Origin: Cereibacter sphaeroides 2.4.1
GTDB lineage: Bacteria; Pseudomonadota; Alphaproteobacteria; Rhodobacterales; Rhodobacteraceae
Length of the DNA: 23,064 bases
NCBI RefSeq assembly: GCF_000012905.2
Contig: NC_009007.1
Location: forward strand, 90,982 to 114,045
Reading direction: 5' to 3'
In this document: in pieces, positions 1 through 10,792 of the stretch
Layout of the letters: every line of letters starts with the position of its first letter
How positions within the stretch are numbered: position 1 is the stretch's first letter
The notes under the pieces: model-generated
Databases searched by the model: none
The model's input: the letters and a program-made list of their open reading frames with translations, nothing else
Told to the model about the DNA's origin: nothing
Program-made: the position numbers and the translations under genes

Positions 1-509
1 GCGCAGTTCGCCAGGGGCCTGCCCGGCCGGACGACCGGCACCGGCCGCTGAACCTGCCCCCGGACCGGCTGGCCGACATCCTGTGCTGGCGCGACCAGCG
101 CTACGTCGGGAACCAGCTCACCTTCACCTACGAGCACCGGCGGATCCTGCTGGAGGAAAGCGACCTCACGCGCGGCATCGTGGGGAAATACGTCGACACC
201 TACGCCTTCCCGGACGGACGTTTTGAAGCTCGATGGAAAGGCATCTCGCTCCCCTACCGCAGCTTCGATCCCGAGCAGCAGCATGTCACCCACGCGGCCA
301 TCACCGCGAACAAGCGGCTCAGCGACGTCCTGGCGCTGGCGAGGAGCCTGCAGGAAAGCCAACCCCCGCGCGTGAGCCGCGTCGGCCGGCAGCGCACAGT
401 CTACGAGCCGACGGGTCGGCGGAACGACGGCTGGAATTCGAAACTGGCCCGCCGCGCCAGGCAGCGGGCGGACGGGACGGCGAAGCCTCCCGACATCGCG
501 GCGGAATGA
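1..509 (+). CDS. ISNCY-family-like transposase, C-terminal fragment (5' end lies outside the window)
   Basis: Frame 3 is open from the window edge to TGA at 507-509. The translation ...NQLTFTYEHRRILLEESDLTRGIVGKYVDTYAFPDGRFEARWKGISLPYRSFDPEQQHVTHAAITANKRLSDVLALA matches, from memory, the conserved C-terminal tail of ISNCY/IS1202-group transposases (..YPDGR..i.Y.G..LpY..FD......aaI.eNKRL..vL). Not checked against ISfinder. Confidence 0.55.
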   Translation, partial: AVRQGPARPDDRHRPLNLPPDRLADILCWRDQRYVGNQLTFTYEHRRILLEESDLTRGIVGKYVDTYAFPDGRFEARWKGISLPYRSFDPEQQHVTHAAITANKRLSDVLALARSLQESQPPRVSRVGRQRTVYEPTGRRNDGWNSKLARRARQRADGTAKPPDIAAE

Positions 510-655
510 CCGTGCGGACCCGGAGCGTTCCGCCCCCGCCGGCCCCGTCCCTACGGCCCTTCCTGACGAGAGCGGGCCGGGGCCGGCTCAGCCCTGCGAC
601 ACCGGGACGACATTTCTACTTTGCACGCCAGGCGACACTTTAACTTGGTGACAAC
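1..655 (+). mobile_element. Right-hand part of an IS element; the outer boundary cannot be fixed without the left end
   Basis: The transposase 3' end is followed by a short, visibly less G+C-rich stretch (about 610-655, ...catttctactttgcacgccaggcgacactttaacttggtgacaacaacgg). The partner inverted repeat is not in the window, so the end coordinate is a guess. Confidence 0.3.
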
Positions 656-773
656 AACGGTTCCCGGGGCAGGATGTCCGAAGGCGGCAGGACATGTCCC
701 CCGAGGCGAGCTCAGCGGCGGGCGCTGCCGCCGAAGCCTCCCGGGCCGCAGGGCCTGACCGTGGACCCGATCC

Positions 774-1625
774 TCACCCGCCCGGCACGGATCCCTTCGG
801 GGCGCCGGCGCTGCTGGCGGACACCAGTTCGAGGATTTCCGTCGTCATCTGCTCCTGCCGGGCCTGCTGCCAGGCGCGTTTCAGCTCGGCGCTGATGCGC
901 TTCACGCTGCTCTGGGCCCGGGCCATCGCCTCGGCGCGGGCGGCATTCTCGGCGGCGAAGCCCAGCATCAGCATCTCGCAGAGCTCGGTGAAGACATAGG
1001 CCTCCATCAGCGCCGCGAGCAGGTCTCCGGGCGGCAGCGTGATCAGCGGAAGGCGCCGGGGGTCGATGGGAAAGCGGGTGAAATCGAACGGGAAGAGGCG
1101 CCGGATCTGCGGACGCGCCGTCTCCTGCGGATCGCAGAAGACCACATGGACGGTCCCCTGGGGACGGCCGGGCAGCCATCCGAAGAGGGCGTCGGCCAGG
1201 CGGCTGGCGAGGGCTGCCACCTCGGGGACATGGGGCGCCATCTCGGCGGACCAGACGGGCCGGACGCCCCGGTCGCGGAGCGCCCCCAGCGTGCGCCCGC
1301 CGATGGCCATCACCGCATGGCCCCGGCCGGCGGCGGCCAGACCCGCCTCGGCCAGCCGCTCGCCGTAAAGGCCCGAGAAGCCCTGCGCGGCACCGATCAC
1401 CACGGTGAGCGCAGCGTCCCCCCGCCCCTCCTCCGGCGCGGCGCCCGCCAGAGCCAGCGCCTCCGAGAGCGCCGCCGCCACGGTCGCCTCCTGCGCCCGG
1501 ATCGCCGCGAGATGGCCCTCCGCCTCGCGCTGGTGCGCCGCCGCCAGCGCCTGCAGGGTCGCGATCACGCTGCCGATCTCGCCCACGTTCGCCAGACGGT
1601 CGCGGACCTCCTCGGGGCGGCTCAT
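774..1625 (-). CDS. atpG: N-type ATPase gamma subunit
   Basis: 283-aa ORF. Its ATG (1623-1625) overlaps the atpA stop as ATGA. The C-terminal helix ...[21 protein letters not shown] matches the gamma-subunit C-terminal ..RQ..IT.EL.EIV.. signature. It is the last gene of the atpDCQRBEFAG order. Confidence 0.9.
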   Translation of the reverse strand: MSRPEEVRDRLANVGEIGSVIATLQALAAAHQREAEGHLAAIRAQEATVAAALSEALALAGAAPEEGRGDAALTVVIGAAQGFSGLYGERLAEAGLAAAGRGHAVMAIGGRTLGALRDRGVRPVWSAEMAPHVPEVAALASRLADALFGWLPGRPQGTVHVVFCDPQETARPQIRRLFPFDFTRFPIDPRRLPLITLPPGDLLAALMEAYVFTELCEMLMLGFAAENAARAEAMARAQSSVKRISAELKRAWQQARQEQMTTEILELVSASSAGAPKGSVPGG

Positions 1626-3115
1626 GGCGCCTCCCGCGCGCGGCGGACACAGGCCAGAAGCGCCGCGCGGGTCTCGGGCTCCAGCCGGTCGGGGGCCGCG
1701 CGGAAGGGGCCGAGCGAGGCATCCGCGGCCAGCACCGGCCCGAGCGCGGCCTTGAGCCGGGCCAGATCCTCGAGCGGCACATCGTCGAGCGCGCCCTCGG
1801 CCAGCGCAGCCAGCAGCGCCACCTGCACCGGGGTCGAGAGCGGGGTCGTGCGCGGCTGGGCGAGAAGCGCGCCGATCCGCTCTCCGCGCGCCAGACGCGC
1901 GCGCAGGGCCGCATCGCCGAAGCCGCCGAAGCGCGAGAACATCTTCATCTCGAGATATTGCGCATAATCGAGCCGCACCCGCCCCGCCACCGCCTTCAGC
2001 GCGCCCCGCTGCGCCTTGCCGCCCACGCGGCTGACCGACAGGCCGATATCCACCGCGGGGCGCTGGTTGGCGGCAAAGAGCGCAGCCGAGGTCACGATCT
2101 GGCCATCGGCGATCGAGATCAGGTTGGTGGGGATATAGGCCGAGAGGTTGCCCGCCTCGATCTCGGCGATGGGCAGCGCGGTGAGCGAGCCGCCCCCGTT
2201 GACAGCCGACAACTTTGCCGAGCGCTCCAGAAGCCGCGCATGGAGGTAGAAGATGTCGCCCGGATAGGCCTCGCGCCCCGGCGGCTGGCGCGCGAGCAGC
2301 GCCAGCTCGCGGTGGACGGCCGCATGTTTGGTCAGATCGTCATAGACGATCAGCGCATGCCCGCCCCGGTCACGCACCCATTCGGCCATGGAGGTCGCGG
2401 CGAAGGGGGCGATCCAGCGCAGGCCGGGCGAAGCCGTCGCGGGCGCCACCACGAAGACCGTGCGCGCGAAGGCCCCCTTCTCGCGCACGGTCTCGATCAC
2501 CCGGCGGACGGCCGTCGTGCGCTGGCCGATGGCCACATAGAAGCAGACGATGTCGCTCGCGGCCTGGTTCACGATGGCATCGACCGCGAGGGAGGTCTTG
2601 CCCGTCGCACGCTCGCCGATGATGAGCTCGCGCTGCCCGCGGCCCACGGCAAAGAGCGCATCCACCACCAGAAGGCCCGTCTCCACCGGCTCGGCCACCA
2701 TGTCGCGGTCGACGATGCCGGGGGCCGGGCGCTCGATCTCGAGCCTGGCCTCGGGCAGGATCGCGGGCAGTCCGTCGAGCGGGCGGCCGAGCGGATCGAC
2801 GACGCGGCCCAGAAGCCCCTGGCCCACCGGCACCGACAGGAGCTGCCCGGTGCGGCGCACCTCGGTGCCCGAGCCCAGGGCCGCGCCGGGATCGAGCAGC
2901 GCCACCTGCACCGTCTCGGGATCGAGGGTCAGCACCAGCCCCTCGGCGCCGCCCGCGAAACGCACCACCTCGCCCAGCCGCGCGCCGGGCAGGCCCTCGA
3001 CCTCTACGAGCCCGTCGGCCAGCGTGGCGATGCGGCCGGTCTCCTCGATCTCGGGGCCGAGCGGAACCTCCGCCACCCGCGCCTTCAGCGCCTCCAGTCC
3101 CGGATCACCGCTCAT
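1622..3115 (-). CDS. atpA: N-type ATPase alpha subunit
   Basis: 497-aa ORF with Walker [18 protein letters not shown] and [23 protein letters not shown], which are classic F1-alpha motifs. Its ATG at 3113-3115 overlaps the atpF 3' end by 11 nt. Confidence 0.97.
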   Translation of the reverse strand: MSGDPGLEALKARVAEVPLGPEIEETGRIATLADGLVEVEGLPGARLGEVVRFAGGAEGLVLTLDPETVQVALLDPGAALGSGTEVRRTGQLLSVPVGQGLLGRVVDPLGRPLDGLPAILPEARLEIERPAPGIVDRDMVAEPVETGLLVVDALFAVGRGQRELIIGERATGKTSLAVDAIVNQAASDIVCFYVAIGQRTTAVRRVIETVREKGAFARTVFVVAPATASPGLRWIAPFAATSMAEWVRDRGGHALIVYDDLTKHAAVHRELALLARQPPGREAYPGDIFYLHARLLERSAKLSAVNGGGSLTALPIAEIEAGNLSAYIPTNLISIADGQIVTSAALFAANQRPAVDIGLSVSRVGGKAQRGALKAVAGRVRLDYAQYLEMKMFSRFGGFGDAALRARLARGERIGALLAQPRTTPLSTPVQVALLAALAEGALDDVPLEDLARLKAALGPVLAADASLGPFRAAPDRLEPETRAALLACVRRAREAP

Positions 3116-3809
3116 GGGTCAGCGCCTCGGCAATGCGGCCGATGTCATGGGCCAGCGAATTGTGCAGCACCCCGTTGGCCGAGCGCAGCTCGAGCCCCGC
3201 GATCAGCGCGGGATCGGTCTCCACCGGCAGGGGGGGCAGGCCCGCCACCTCGGGCACTTCGGCGAGGGGCGCGGGAGCGGCCAGCCGCAGCCCCGCGCCC
3301 GAGGCCAGCGCCGCGCGCCGGTCGGGGGGCAGATGCGCCAGCGCCTCGGCCAGCCGCCGGGCATAGCCCGCGGCATCGGGCGGCACCGGCTGGGCCGCCA
3401 GCGCCCGCCCGACGATGGCGAGCGCGAGATCGCGGGCGCGGCGCAGGGTCTCGGCGCCCGCGGCCTCGACGGTGCGGGCGGCCTCGGCCTCGGCCGCGCG
3501 CGCCGTGGCTGCGGCCGCGTCGCGGGCCTCGGCCAGAAGGCGGCGGCGCAGGGTCTCGGCCTCCTGCCGGGCCTCTTCCAGAAGCGCCGCGCGCTGCCGC
3601 AGGGTCTCGGCCGCAGCCGAAGCCGCCTCGGCCTCCGCCGCATGCGCCCGCGCCTCGGCCGCCTCGGCCGCGCCCAGCGAGGCCGTCAGCACCCGCTGGC
3701 GCTCAGCGATCATCGCGGCCACCGGGCGGAAGAGCACATGGCGGAGGATCGCCAGCAGGATCAGGACATTGGCGATCTGGACGGCGAAGGTGAGCCAGTC
3801 GAAGGTCAC
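3105..3809 (-). CDS. atpF: N-type ATPase b subunit (long form, delta-like C-terminus)
   Basis: 234 aa, GTG start at 3807-3809. It has one N-terminal TM helix ([23 protein letters not shown]) followed by a long Ala/Glu/Arg-rich helix, which is the b-subunit architecture. Its position between atpE and atpA fits. Confidence 0.8.
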   Translation of the reverse strand: MTFDWLTFAVQIANVLILLAILRHVLFRPVAAMIAERQRVLTASLGAAEAAEARAHAAEAEAASAAAETLRQRAALLEEARQEAETLRRRLLAEARDAAAATARAAEAEAARTVEAAGAETLRRARDLALAIVGRALAAQPVPPDAAGYARRLAEALAHLPPDRRAALASGAGLRLAAPAPLAEVPEVAGLPPLPVETDPALIAGLELRSANGVLHNSLAHDIGRIAEALTHER

Positions 3810-3814
3810 GGCGG

Positions 3815-4066
3815 TCAGCCGGTGAAGGGATTGGCGAAGAGGAGCAGGAGCGCGATCACGAGGCAGTAGATCGCCATGGTCTCGATCATGGCGAGCCCCA
3901 CGAACAGGGTGCGCGAGAGGGTGCCCGCGGCCTCGGGCTGGCGGGCGATGGCCTCCATGGCGGCGGCCACGGCCCTTCCCTCCCCCAGCGCCGGGCCGAG
4001 GGAGCCTATTCCCACGGCGAAGGCCGCGCCGAGGATGCTGGCGATCTGGACGGTTTCGGGGGTCAC
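3815..4066 (-). CDS. atpE: N-type ATPase c subunit (rotor ring)
   Basis: 83 aa if started at the GTG (4064-4066) that overlaps the atpB stop (GTGA). It is a hairpin of two TM helices joined by the ARQPE loop, with IETMAIY in helix 2 and the FANPF tail typical of c subunits. The 342-aa ORF in the track is a spurious 5' extension. Confidence 0.9.
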   Translation of the reverse strand: MTPETVQIASILGAAFAVGIGSLGPALGEGRAVAAAMEAIARQPEAAGTLSRTLFVGLAMIETMAIYCLVIALLLLFANPFTG

Positions 4067-4746
4067 GGGGCGGTCTCCTCTGCGGCGCCGTCCTCCACGG
4101 CGCTCGCGATGAACACGAGCGCGAGGATGGCGAAGATATAGGCCTGCACGGCGCCGGTCAGCAGATCGAGCGCCATCAGCGGGATCGGCACCAGAAGCCC
4201 CGCGAGCGAGAGCACGATGCCTAAGACGAAGACCCCGCTCATGACATTGCCGAAGAGGCGCAGCATGAGCGAGACGGAGCGGGTGACCTGCTCGACGAGA
4301 TTGAGCGGGATCATGGCCCAGGTCGGCCGGGCGAAGGCGCGGAGCCAGCCCCAGAGCCCCTGCGCGCGGATGCCGAAGCCGATGGTGGTCAGGAACACGA
4401 TCAGCGCCAGCGCCGCGTCGGTTTCCAGATGCGCGGTCGGCGGCTCGACGCCCGGGATCAGCGAGGACCAGTTGCAGGTCAGCACGAAGAGAAGCAGCGT
4501 GCCGATCAGCGCGCGGACCCGGCCCGGATCGCCCGCGAGGGTCGAGAGGATCTGCGCATCGAGCGCGGTCACCACAAGCTCCAGCGCCGCCTGCCCCCGC
4601 CCGGGCACGAGCGCGAGCCGCCGCGTGACAGCCCAAGAGCCGAGCGCCAGCACCGCCATGACGCCCCAGGTCACCACCACCGTCTCGCTGACGGCCAGCG
4701 GCCCGAGGGTGAAGGCGATGCGTTCGGCAAGCGGACTCTCGATCAT
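4063..4746 (-). CDS. atpB: N-type ATPase a subunit
   Basis: 227 aa from the ATG at 4744-4746, which overlaps the atpR stop as ATGA. It is polytopic and carries the conserved stator arginine motif ..[13 protein letters not shown].. The upstream part of the 336-aa track ORF is Arg/Pro-rich and non-protein-like. Confidence 0.9.
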   Translation of the reverse strand: MIESPLAERIAFTLGPLAVSETVVVTWGVMAVLALGSWAVTRRLALVPGRGQAALELVVTALDAQILSTLAGDPGRVRALIGTLLLFVLTCNWSSLIPGVEPPTAHLETDAALALIVFLTTIGFGIRAQGLWGWLRAFARPTWAMIPLNLVEQVTRSVSLMLRLFGNVMSGVFVLGIVLSLAGLLVPIPLMALDLLTGAVQAYIFAILALVFIASAVEDGAAEETAP

Positions 4747-5003
4747 TTCGCGCGCTCCCGCCGCAGGATGAGGGCGCGGCCCCCGAGGATGCCTGCGGCG
4801 GCGGCAAGCAGCGTGGTCGCCCCGCCCCGGCTGCAGAGGACAAGGAAGGCGGCCAGCAGCGCGAGCCGGAGGAGCTGCAGCGGGATCGCCCCGAGATCGC
4901 CCCGGAGCAGCCGGTCCGACAGGCGGCGGAGGGTCGCGAAATGCAGCGCCCCGGCGAGGGTTCCGGCGCCGAGCGCCGCGAGCGGGAGGAGGAGGTCGGT
5001 CAT
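4743..5003 (-). CDS. atpR: AtpR, N-ATPase-specific small membrane protein
   Basis: 86 aa from the ATG at 5001-5003, which overlaps the atpQ stop as ATGA. It has two to three hydrophobic segments with embedded Arg residues. Its position between atpQ and atpB is diagnostic of N-ATPase operons. Confidence 0.7.
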   Translation of the reverse strand: MTDLLLPLAALGAGTLAGALHFATLRRLSDRLLRGDLGAIPLQLLRLALLAAFLVLCSRGGATTLLAAAAGILGGRALILRRERAK

Positions 5004-5361
5004 TGCGCATGCATCCATCGCAGGGCGAGCCAGAGGCCCAGGGCCGCGCCCGCCATCGTGAGGGCGGCGGCAAAGGTGATCCCGGTGCCGAGGAGCCGGT
5101 CGAGCCAGCCCCCGGCCAGCACGCCGCCGAGGGTCGGCAGCACGATCACCCATCCCAGCACCCCGATCTGGCCGAAGCGGCGCGCGAGCGAGGGCTCGGG
5201 ATCGCGCCGCCCCGCCTCGGCGCGGACGGCGCTGCGCCGGACGGCCTCCGCGAGCGGATCCGGGGAGGCCCCGGGCGGGGCCGGGGGCGAAATGGCGGGC
5301 GCGGCCGCGGGATCCGGTCCGGGACCGGCTCCGGGCGGGGCGGATCCCGGGCCGGGGCCGG

Positions 5362-5365
<4 letters not shown>
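5000..5365 (-). CDS. atpQ: AtpQ (AtpZ/AtpI-like) membrane protein of the N-ATPase operon
   Basis: 121 aa from the ATG at 5363-5365, which overlaps the atpC stop as ATGA. The C-terminal half has two TM helices (FGQIGVLGWVIVLPTLGGVLAGGWL; ITFAAALTMAGAALGLWLALRWM) like AtpZ/AtpI-family proteins. The N-terminal 40 or so residues are a Pro/Gly/Ala low-complexity tract. Confidence 0.7.
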
Positions 5366-7238
<1,873 letters not shown>

Positions 7239-7293
7239 TTACGCCCCGGTCCCCCCGTTGCCCACCCCGCGCGGGAGCCCGCGGGGCGCCTTG

Positions 7294-7353
7294 CCGGATT
7301 ATCCGGAGCCCGCCGGAATTGCAGACGGCGAGGCCCCTGCCCTGCAATTCCGG
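7294..7353. promoter_or_regulatory. Pair of palindromes 100-160 bp upstream of atpD (candidate operator or promoter-region elements)
   Basis: CCGGATtATCCGG (7294-7306) is a 13-bp palindrome. CCGGAATTGCAG (7313-7324) and CTGCAATTCCGG (7342-7353) form a perfect 12-bp inverted repeat with a 17-nt spacer. Function is unknown, and no convincing -35/-10 could be read. Confidence 0.3.
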
Positions 7354-8023
7354 CGAGGAAACCCATTCTCCGATGGCAGAGGATGCGCCCCGCCCTTTTT
7401 GCTCCTCCGGTCTCCGGGTCCGGCAAATGCCTTTGCAGGGCGGACCCCCTCCTGACTTGAAAGACCACGGGTCCGCCTTTGCCGATCTTCGGACGCCGGA
7501 GATAAGGACGTCCCTCTTTTCCCGCCTGCCCGCCCGAGGCCTCGAACGGCCTGCTGCGCCTCGAGTGCGCCCCCGCCCGCACGGGCCCGCGTCTGCACCG
7601 GCGGCGCGCCGAGGGCCTTCGGGGAGCCGTTCGGACGATCCCCGCTTCCCGCGGCGGAGCCCCGTCTCGCCTCGACCGCCCCCGCGCCCGCTTCCGCAGG
7701 GGCAAGGCTGCGCAGGCCTCTCGCCCGACCGACGCCACATGCCCTTCGGACACCTCGGCGGCGACAGGGGCGCACCGAACCGGAAGCCGCCTCCCCTCAC
7801 CGCCCGTCTCAAGGAGTCCTGCGGGTTTTCGGGGGGCCGAAGGCGATCCTCCCGCTCCCTTCAGGACCCTGCGCGCCCTCCCGATCGGACCGGGCCTCTC
7901 GGAACGCCCGCACCCGGGATTAGGGGCTCCGGAACGCGCCCTTCAGGGGAGACCGGACGGATGTCCGGCACAAACCCGAACGGGAGGAATGAGGAGGGGC
8001 GGTGACGCCGCCGGGGGGCGAAA

Positions 8024-8070
8024 AGCCGTGGCCAAAATTGGCCATGGCGTGGCCAATTTTGGCCACGGCT
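8024..8070. repeat. Perfect 21-bp inverted repeat (5-nt loop) made of four phased TGGCCA hexamers; possibly a minus-strand intrinsic terminator or a protein-binding array
   Basis: Bases 8024-8044 pair perfectly with 8050-8070, base by base; the loop is tggcg (8045-8049). TGGCCA occurs at 8029, 8039, 8050 and 8060, giving start-to-start spacing of 10, 11 and 10 bp. On the minus strand the stem is followed by a short T run (TTTTCGCCCC). Confidence 0.6.
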
Positions 8071-8082
8071 CCAGAAAAGGAT

Positions 8083-8155
8083 TCAAAATCAACAGGTTTT
8101 GACCCGGCAGAGCTTTTGGCGCCAAATTCAGCCGAAAATCCTTTATTCATAAAGG
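8083..8155. promoter_or_regulatory. Cluster of A+T-rich palindromes next to the 21-bp hairpin
   Basis: Three elements: TCAAAA-N8-TTTTGA (8083-8102), the perfect 12-bp palindrome TTTGGCGCCAAA (8115-8126), and CCTTTAT-tc-ATAAAGG (8140-8155). All sit in a locally A+T-rich island within very G+C-rich flanks. The TTGGC/GCCAA half-site is shared with the hairpin arms. Confidence 0.35.
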
Positions 8156-8398
8156 CTTGAAGGCAATGGGCAGCCTGCTGCGTCAGGTGTGTCCGCTTCG
8201 GGCGGGAATGGCCGCCGCAAGACTGCCGAACCGGAGCCCGCAGGCGCTCGCTGTCGTGGGCCGGAGGCCTCCCGAGAGCGTGTCCGGGGCCGGCCGCGCC
8301 AGGGAGCGCGCGCGCTCGGGCGGGACCCCCGCGGCCTGCCCGCTCCGAAACCGGAGCGCAAAGGCCGGGGCCATCAGGGAGGCGGTCCTCCTGAAGAT

Positions 8399-8433
8399 CC
8401 CCCGCCTCGCCGCGGCTCGGGGCGAGGCGGGGG
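8399..8433. repeat. Strong G+C hairpin (13-bp perfect stem, 9-nt loop) in ORF-poor DNA
   Basis: Bases 8399-8411 (ccccc gcctcgcc) pair perfectly with 8421-8433 (ggcgaggc ggggg). No T tract follows on either strand. Confidence 0.4.
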
Positions 8434-9120
8434 CCAGACGAGGCGGAGGCCGGTTTCTGGAGCGGCCTTCCCTGCCCGGCCGAAACCGGGAGAGCGCGGC
8501 GGCGCCGGATATCTGCGGGATGCGCGGCCTCCATGGCCTTCGGGAGGCTCGGGGGCTGACGGCCCGAAAGCCGACCGCTGCCGGGTCCCCCTCGCTTTCG
8601 GGGCACTTTCCGGTCTGCCCTCCCGGCGCAAGGATCCTCGCCCTTGCGTGCGGAGCCGGGGCCGATCTCCCTGCCCCGCCGCGCAGGACGCCAACGCCTC
8701 GCCCGTGCGCGAGCCGGGGCGCCCGGCGCGGCTGCGGCAGGACCGGAGAGCGGGCAGGACCGAATGCGGACCTACCCGCGGAGGGGGCGCGGGCCACGGT
8801 CCGACAGCCGGGTCCTTGATCCCTCTGCAATGCACCGCGCGCCATGGGCATTGCCTCTTCAACCAATCTTGACTCTCGAATCCAGCAAATCACTCTCTTC
8901 AATGCCCGCCCCTCGAGGCGCGGCCTCAAAGGTAATTCAGGGGCAATTCGGCATTGCCCCTGGTCCATTCAAGAAGCCGGAGACCGAATTGGTCCTTACT
9001 GTCCTGTCCCCCTTGCTTTCAACCGTGGCTTCGGCCTGTGTCTATGCCCACGGAATACGTCGCCAGAAGCAGACCATCCGCCAGTGCCAGAACCCCGCCA
9101 CGGCGGCCCGCCTCGAGGAA

Positions 9121-9384
9121 ATGCGTCCCCTGGCCCTTCGGAACGGCCATCGTCTTCTGGCGGTGGAAGCGGCCTATCTGCTGTTCGTGCTCGTTCTGGC
9201 GGCGACGGGACTCAACGATGACCCGGAGGGCGCGTCGTTCGTGACGCTGATCCTCGCGCTCACGAGCGGCGGCGTGGTGGCGCTCCTCGCCGTGACCCAT
9301 CTGGCGAGCGACCCGTCGGGGTCCCTCGTGCTTCCGCCGCTCCTGCTCATGGTGTTCGGGGCGGTCTATCCGATCCTGCAGTAA
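9121..9384 (+). CDS. Small hypothetical membrane protein (87 aa; an alternative ATG at 8902 would give 160 aa with a fourth TM segment)
   Basis: Three hydrophobic segments ([20 protein letters not shown]; [22 protein letters not shown]; [18 protein letters not shown]). From about 9121 onward the third codon positions are strongly G/C-biased, as expected for real coding DNA in this genome. No recognisable family. Confidence 0.4.
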   Translation: MRPLALRNGHRLLAVEAAYLLFVLVLAATGLNDDPEGASFVTLILALTSGGVVALLAVTHLASDPSGSLVLPPLLLMVFGAVYPILQ

Positions 9385-9402
9385 CGGCCCCAAAGGAAGG
9401 GC

Positions 9403-9438
9403 GGCCGCAGCAGCCTCGGGATCCGAAGAGCTGCGGCC
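9403..9438 (+). terminator. Candidate stem-loop downstream of the small membrane ORF
   Basis: GGCCGCAGC (9403-9411) pairs with GCTGCGGCC (9430-9438), a 9-bp stem with an 18-nt loop. It lies 19 nt after the TAA at 9382-9384. There is no U tract, so it is not a canonical intrinsic terminator. Confidence 0.25.
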
Positions 9439-9509
9439 TACTCCCGGGCGGCGCGGGGCCGCCGGGGGATGGCGCCATGATAGCGCAAACATCGGCCGGG
9501 CGGGACGCG

Positions 9510-9585
9510 GCGAAATGTCGTCGCTTGCGCGGGGCGCGTCCGTCCCCGCGAAATGTCGTCGCCCGCACGGGGCGCGCGGCCGCCC
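9510..9585. repeat. Two tandem 38-bp direct repeats upstream of the epimerase gene
   Basis: Unit 1 (9510-9547) and unit 2 (9548-9585) share gcgaaatgtcgtcgc (15/15), then 11 of the next 14 bases including ggggcgcg. By hand alignment that is 26/29 matches in the core. Confidence 0.6.
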
Positions 9586-9668
9586 GCCCTGCCGGGGTTC
9601 CGGTTCGCCCGCCCCGCCGCTATGGTCCGGCCCGAGGGGGACGCGGCCCCCGGCAGAAGGGGCTCTTC

Positions 9669-10673
9669 ATGCGGCGCATCCTCGTCACCGGCACGGCCGG
9701 CTTCATCGGCTTCCATCTCGCGCGCCTCCTGCTGGCCGAGGGCTTCCGCGTCCATGGCTACGACGGGATGACCGACTATTACGACGTGGCCCTCAAGCGG
9801 CGGCGCCATGCGATGCTGCTGCAGGACCCGAACTTCTCGGCCACGGAGGGCATGCTCGAGGATCAGGCGCTCTTCGACCGCGTGGCCGATGAGTTCGCGC
9901 CCGAGGTGATCGTCCATCTCGCGGCCCAGGCGGGCGTGCGCTATTCGGTCGAGAACCCGCGCGCCTATCTCGATGCGAATGTGATCGGCAGCTTCACCGT
10001 GATGGAGGCCGCGCGGCGGCTGAAGGTGGCCCACCTGATGATGGCCTCCACCTCCTCGGTCTATGGCGCCAACGAGGAGATGCCCTTCCGCGAGACCGAC
10101 AAGGCCGACCGCCAGCTCACGATCTATGCCGCGACCAAGAAGGCCAACGAGAGCATGGGCCACGCCTGGGCGCATGTGCATGGCCTGCCCATCACGATGT
10201 TCCGCTTCTTCACCGTCTACGGCCCCTGGGGGCGGCCCGATCTTGCGCTGTTCCGGTTCGTCGAGGCGATCCTCGAGGACCGGCCGATCGAGATCTACAA
10301 CCACGGCGAGATGTGGCGCGACTTCACCTATGTGGACGATCTCGTCCGCGCGATCCGGCTCCTGATCGAGGCCGTGCCCGGCGGCCCCGAAACGGCGGTC
10401 GAGGAGGACAGCCTCTCGCCCGCAGCCCCCTTCCGCATCGTCAACATCGGCAATTCCGACAAGGTGCGGCTGCTGGATTTCGTGGAGGCGATCGAGGAGA
10501 GCCTCGGGCGGCGCGCGATCCGCAGCTACCTGCCGATGCAGGTGGGCGACGTGCCCGCGACCTGGGCCGACGCGGGGCTTCTCCAGCGCCTGACCGGCTA
10601 CCGCCCGCAGACGGACATCCGCGACGGGATCGCGCAGTTCGTCTCGTGGTATCGCGATTACACGGGGAAGTAG
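9669..10673 (+). CDS. NAD-dependent epimerase/dehydratase, UDP-glucuronate 4-epimerase-like
   Basis: 334 aa from the ATG at 9669, with GAAGGGG about 7 nt upstream. It has the Rossmann motif [19 protein letters not shown], and the catalytic YAATKKANE (YxxxK). Overall it resembles the Cap1J/LpsL-type UDP-GlcA 4-epimerases. The track ORF starting at 9477 is an upstream extension. Confidence 0.85.
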   Translation: MRRILVTGTAGFIGFHLARLLLAEGFRVHGYDGMTDYYDVALKRRRHAMLLQDPNFSATEGMLEDQALFDRVADEFAPEVIVHLAAQAGVRYSVENPRAYLDANVIGSFTVMEAARRLKVAHLMMASTSSVYGANEEMPFRETDKADRQLTIYAATKKANESMGHAWAHVHGLPITMFRFFTVYGPWGRPDLALFRFVEAILEDRPIEIYNHGEMWRDFTYVDDLVRAIRLLIEAVPGGPETAVEEDSLSPAAPFRIVNIGNSDKVRLLDFVEAIEESLGRRAIRSYLPMQVGDVPATWADAGLLQRLTGYRPQTDIRDGIAQFVSWYRDYTGK

Positions 10674-10792
10674 TCACACCCGTTTGCCTCGTCGGAAACG
10701 TCGGGTTAGAGAAGAGGCGCCGGGAGATCCGCAGGACTTTCCCGCAGGACAGAAGGCCAGGATGCGGCCCTTCGCAACAAGGAGATGACCGC

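Noticed and set aside
712-3869. Long ORFs overlapping atpG, atpA and atpF in other frames or antisense (712-1914 minus, 1146-1967 plus, 1958-3793 plus, 2550-3869 plus, 3203-3643 minus, 3415-3825 plus)
   Set aside because: Their translations are Arg/Pro/Gly/Ala-rich with no protein-like pattern. They overlap genes with unmistakable ATPase motifs. This is the typical open-frame artefact of about 70 percent G+C DNA.
8024-8070. The 21-bp hairpin as a tRNA, CRISPR repeat or IS terminal repeat
   Set aside because: There is no cloverleaf or T-loop sequence. It occurs once, with no spacer-repeat periodicity. No transposase or second inverted copy is seen in the window.
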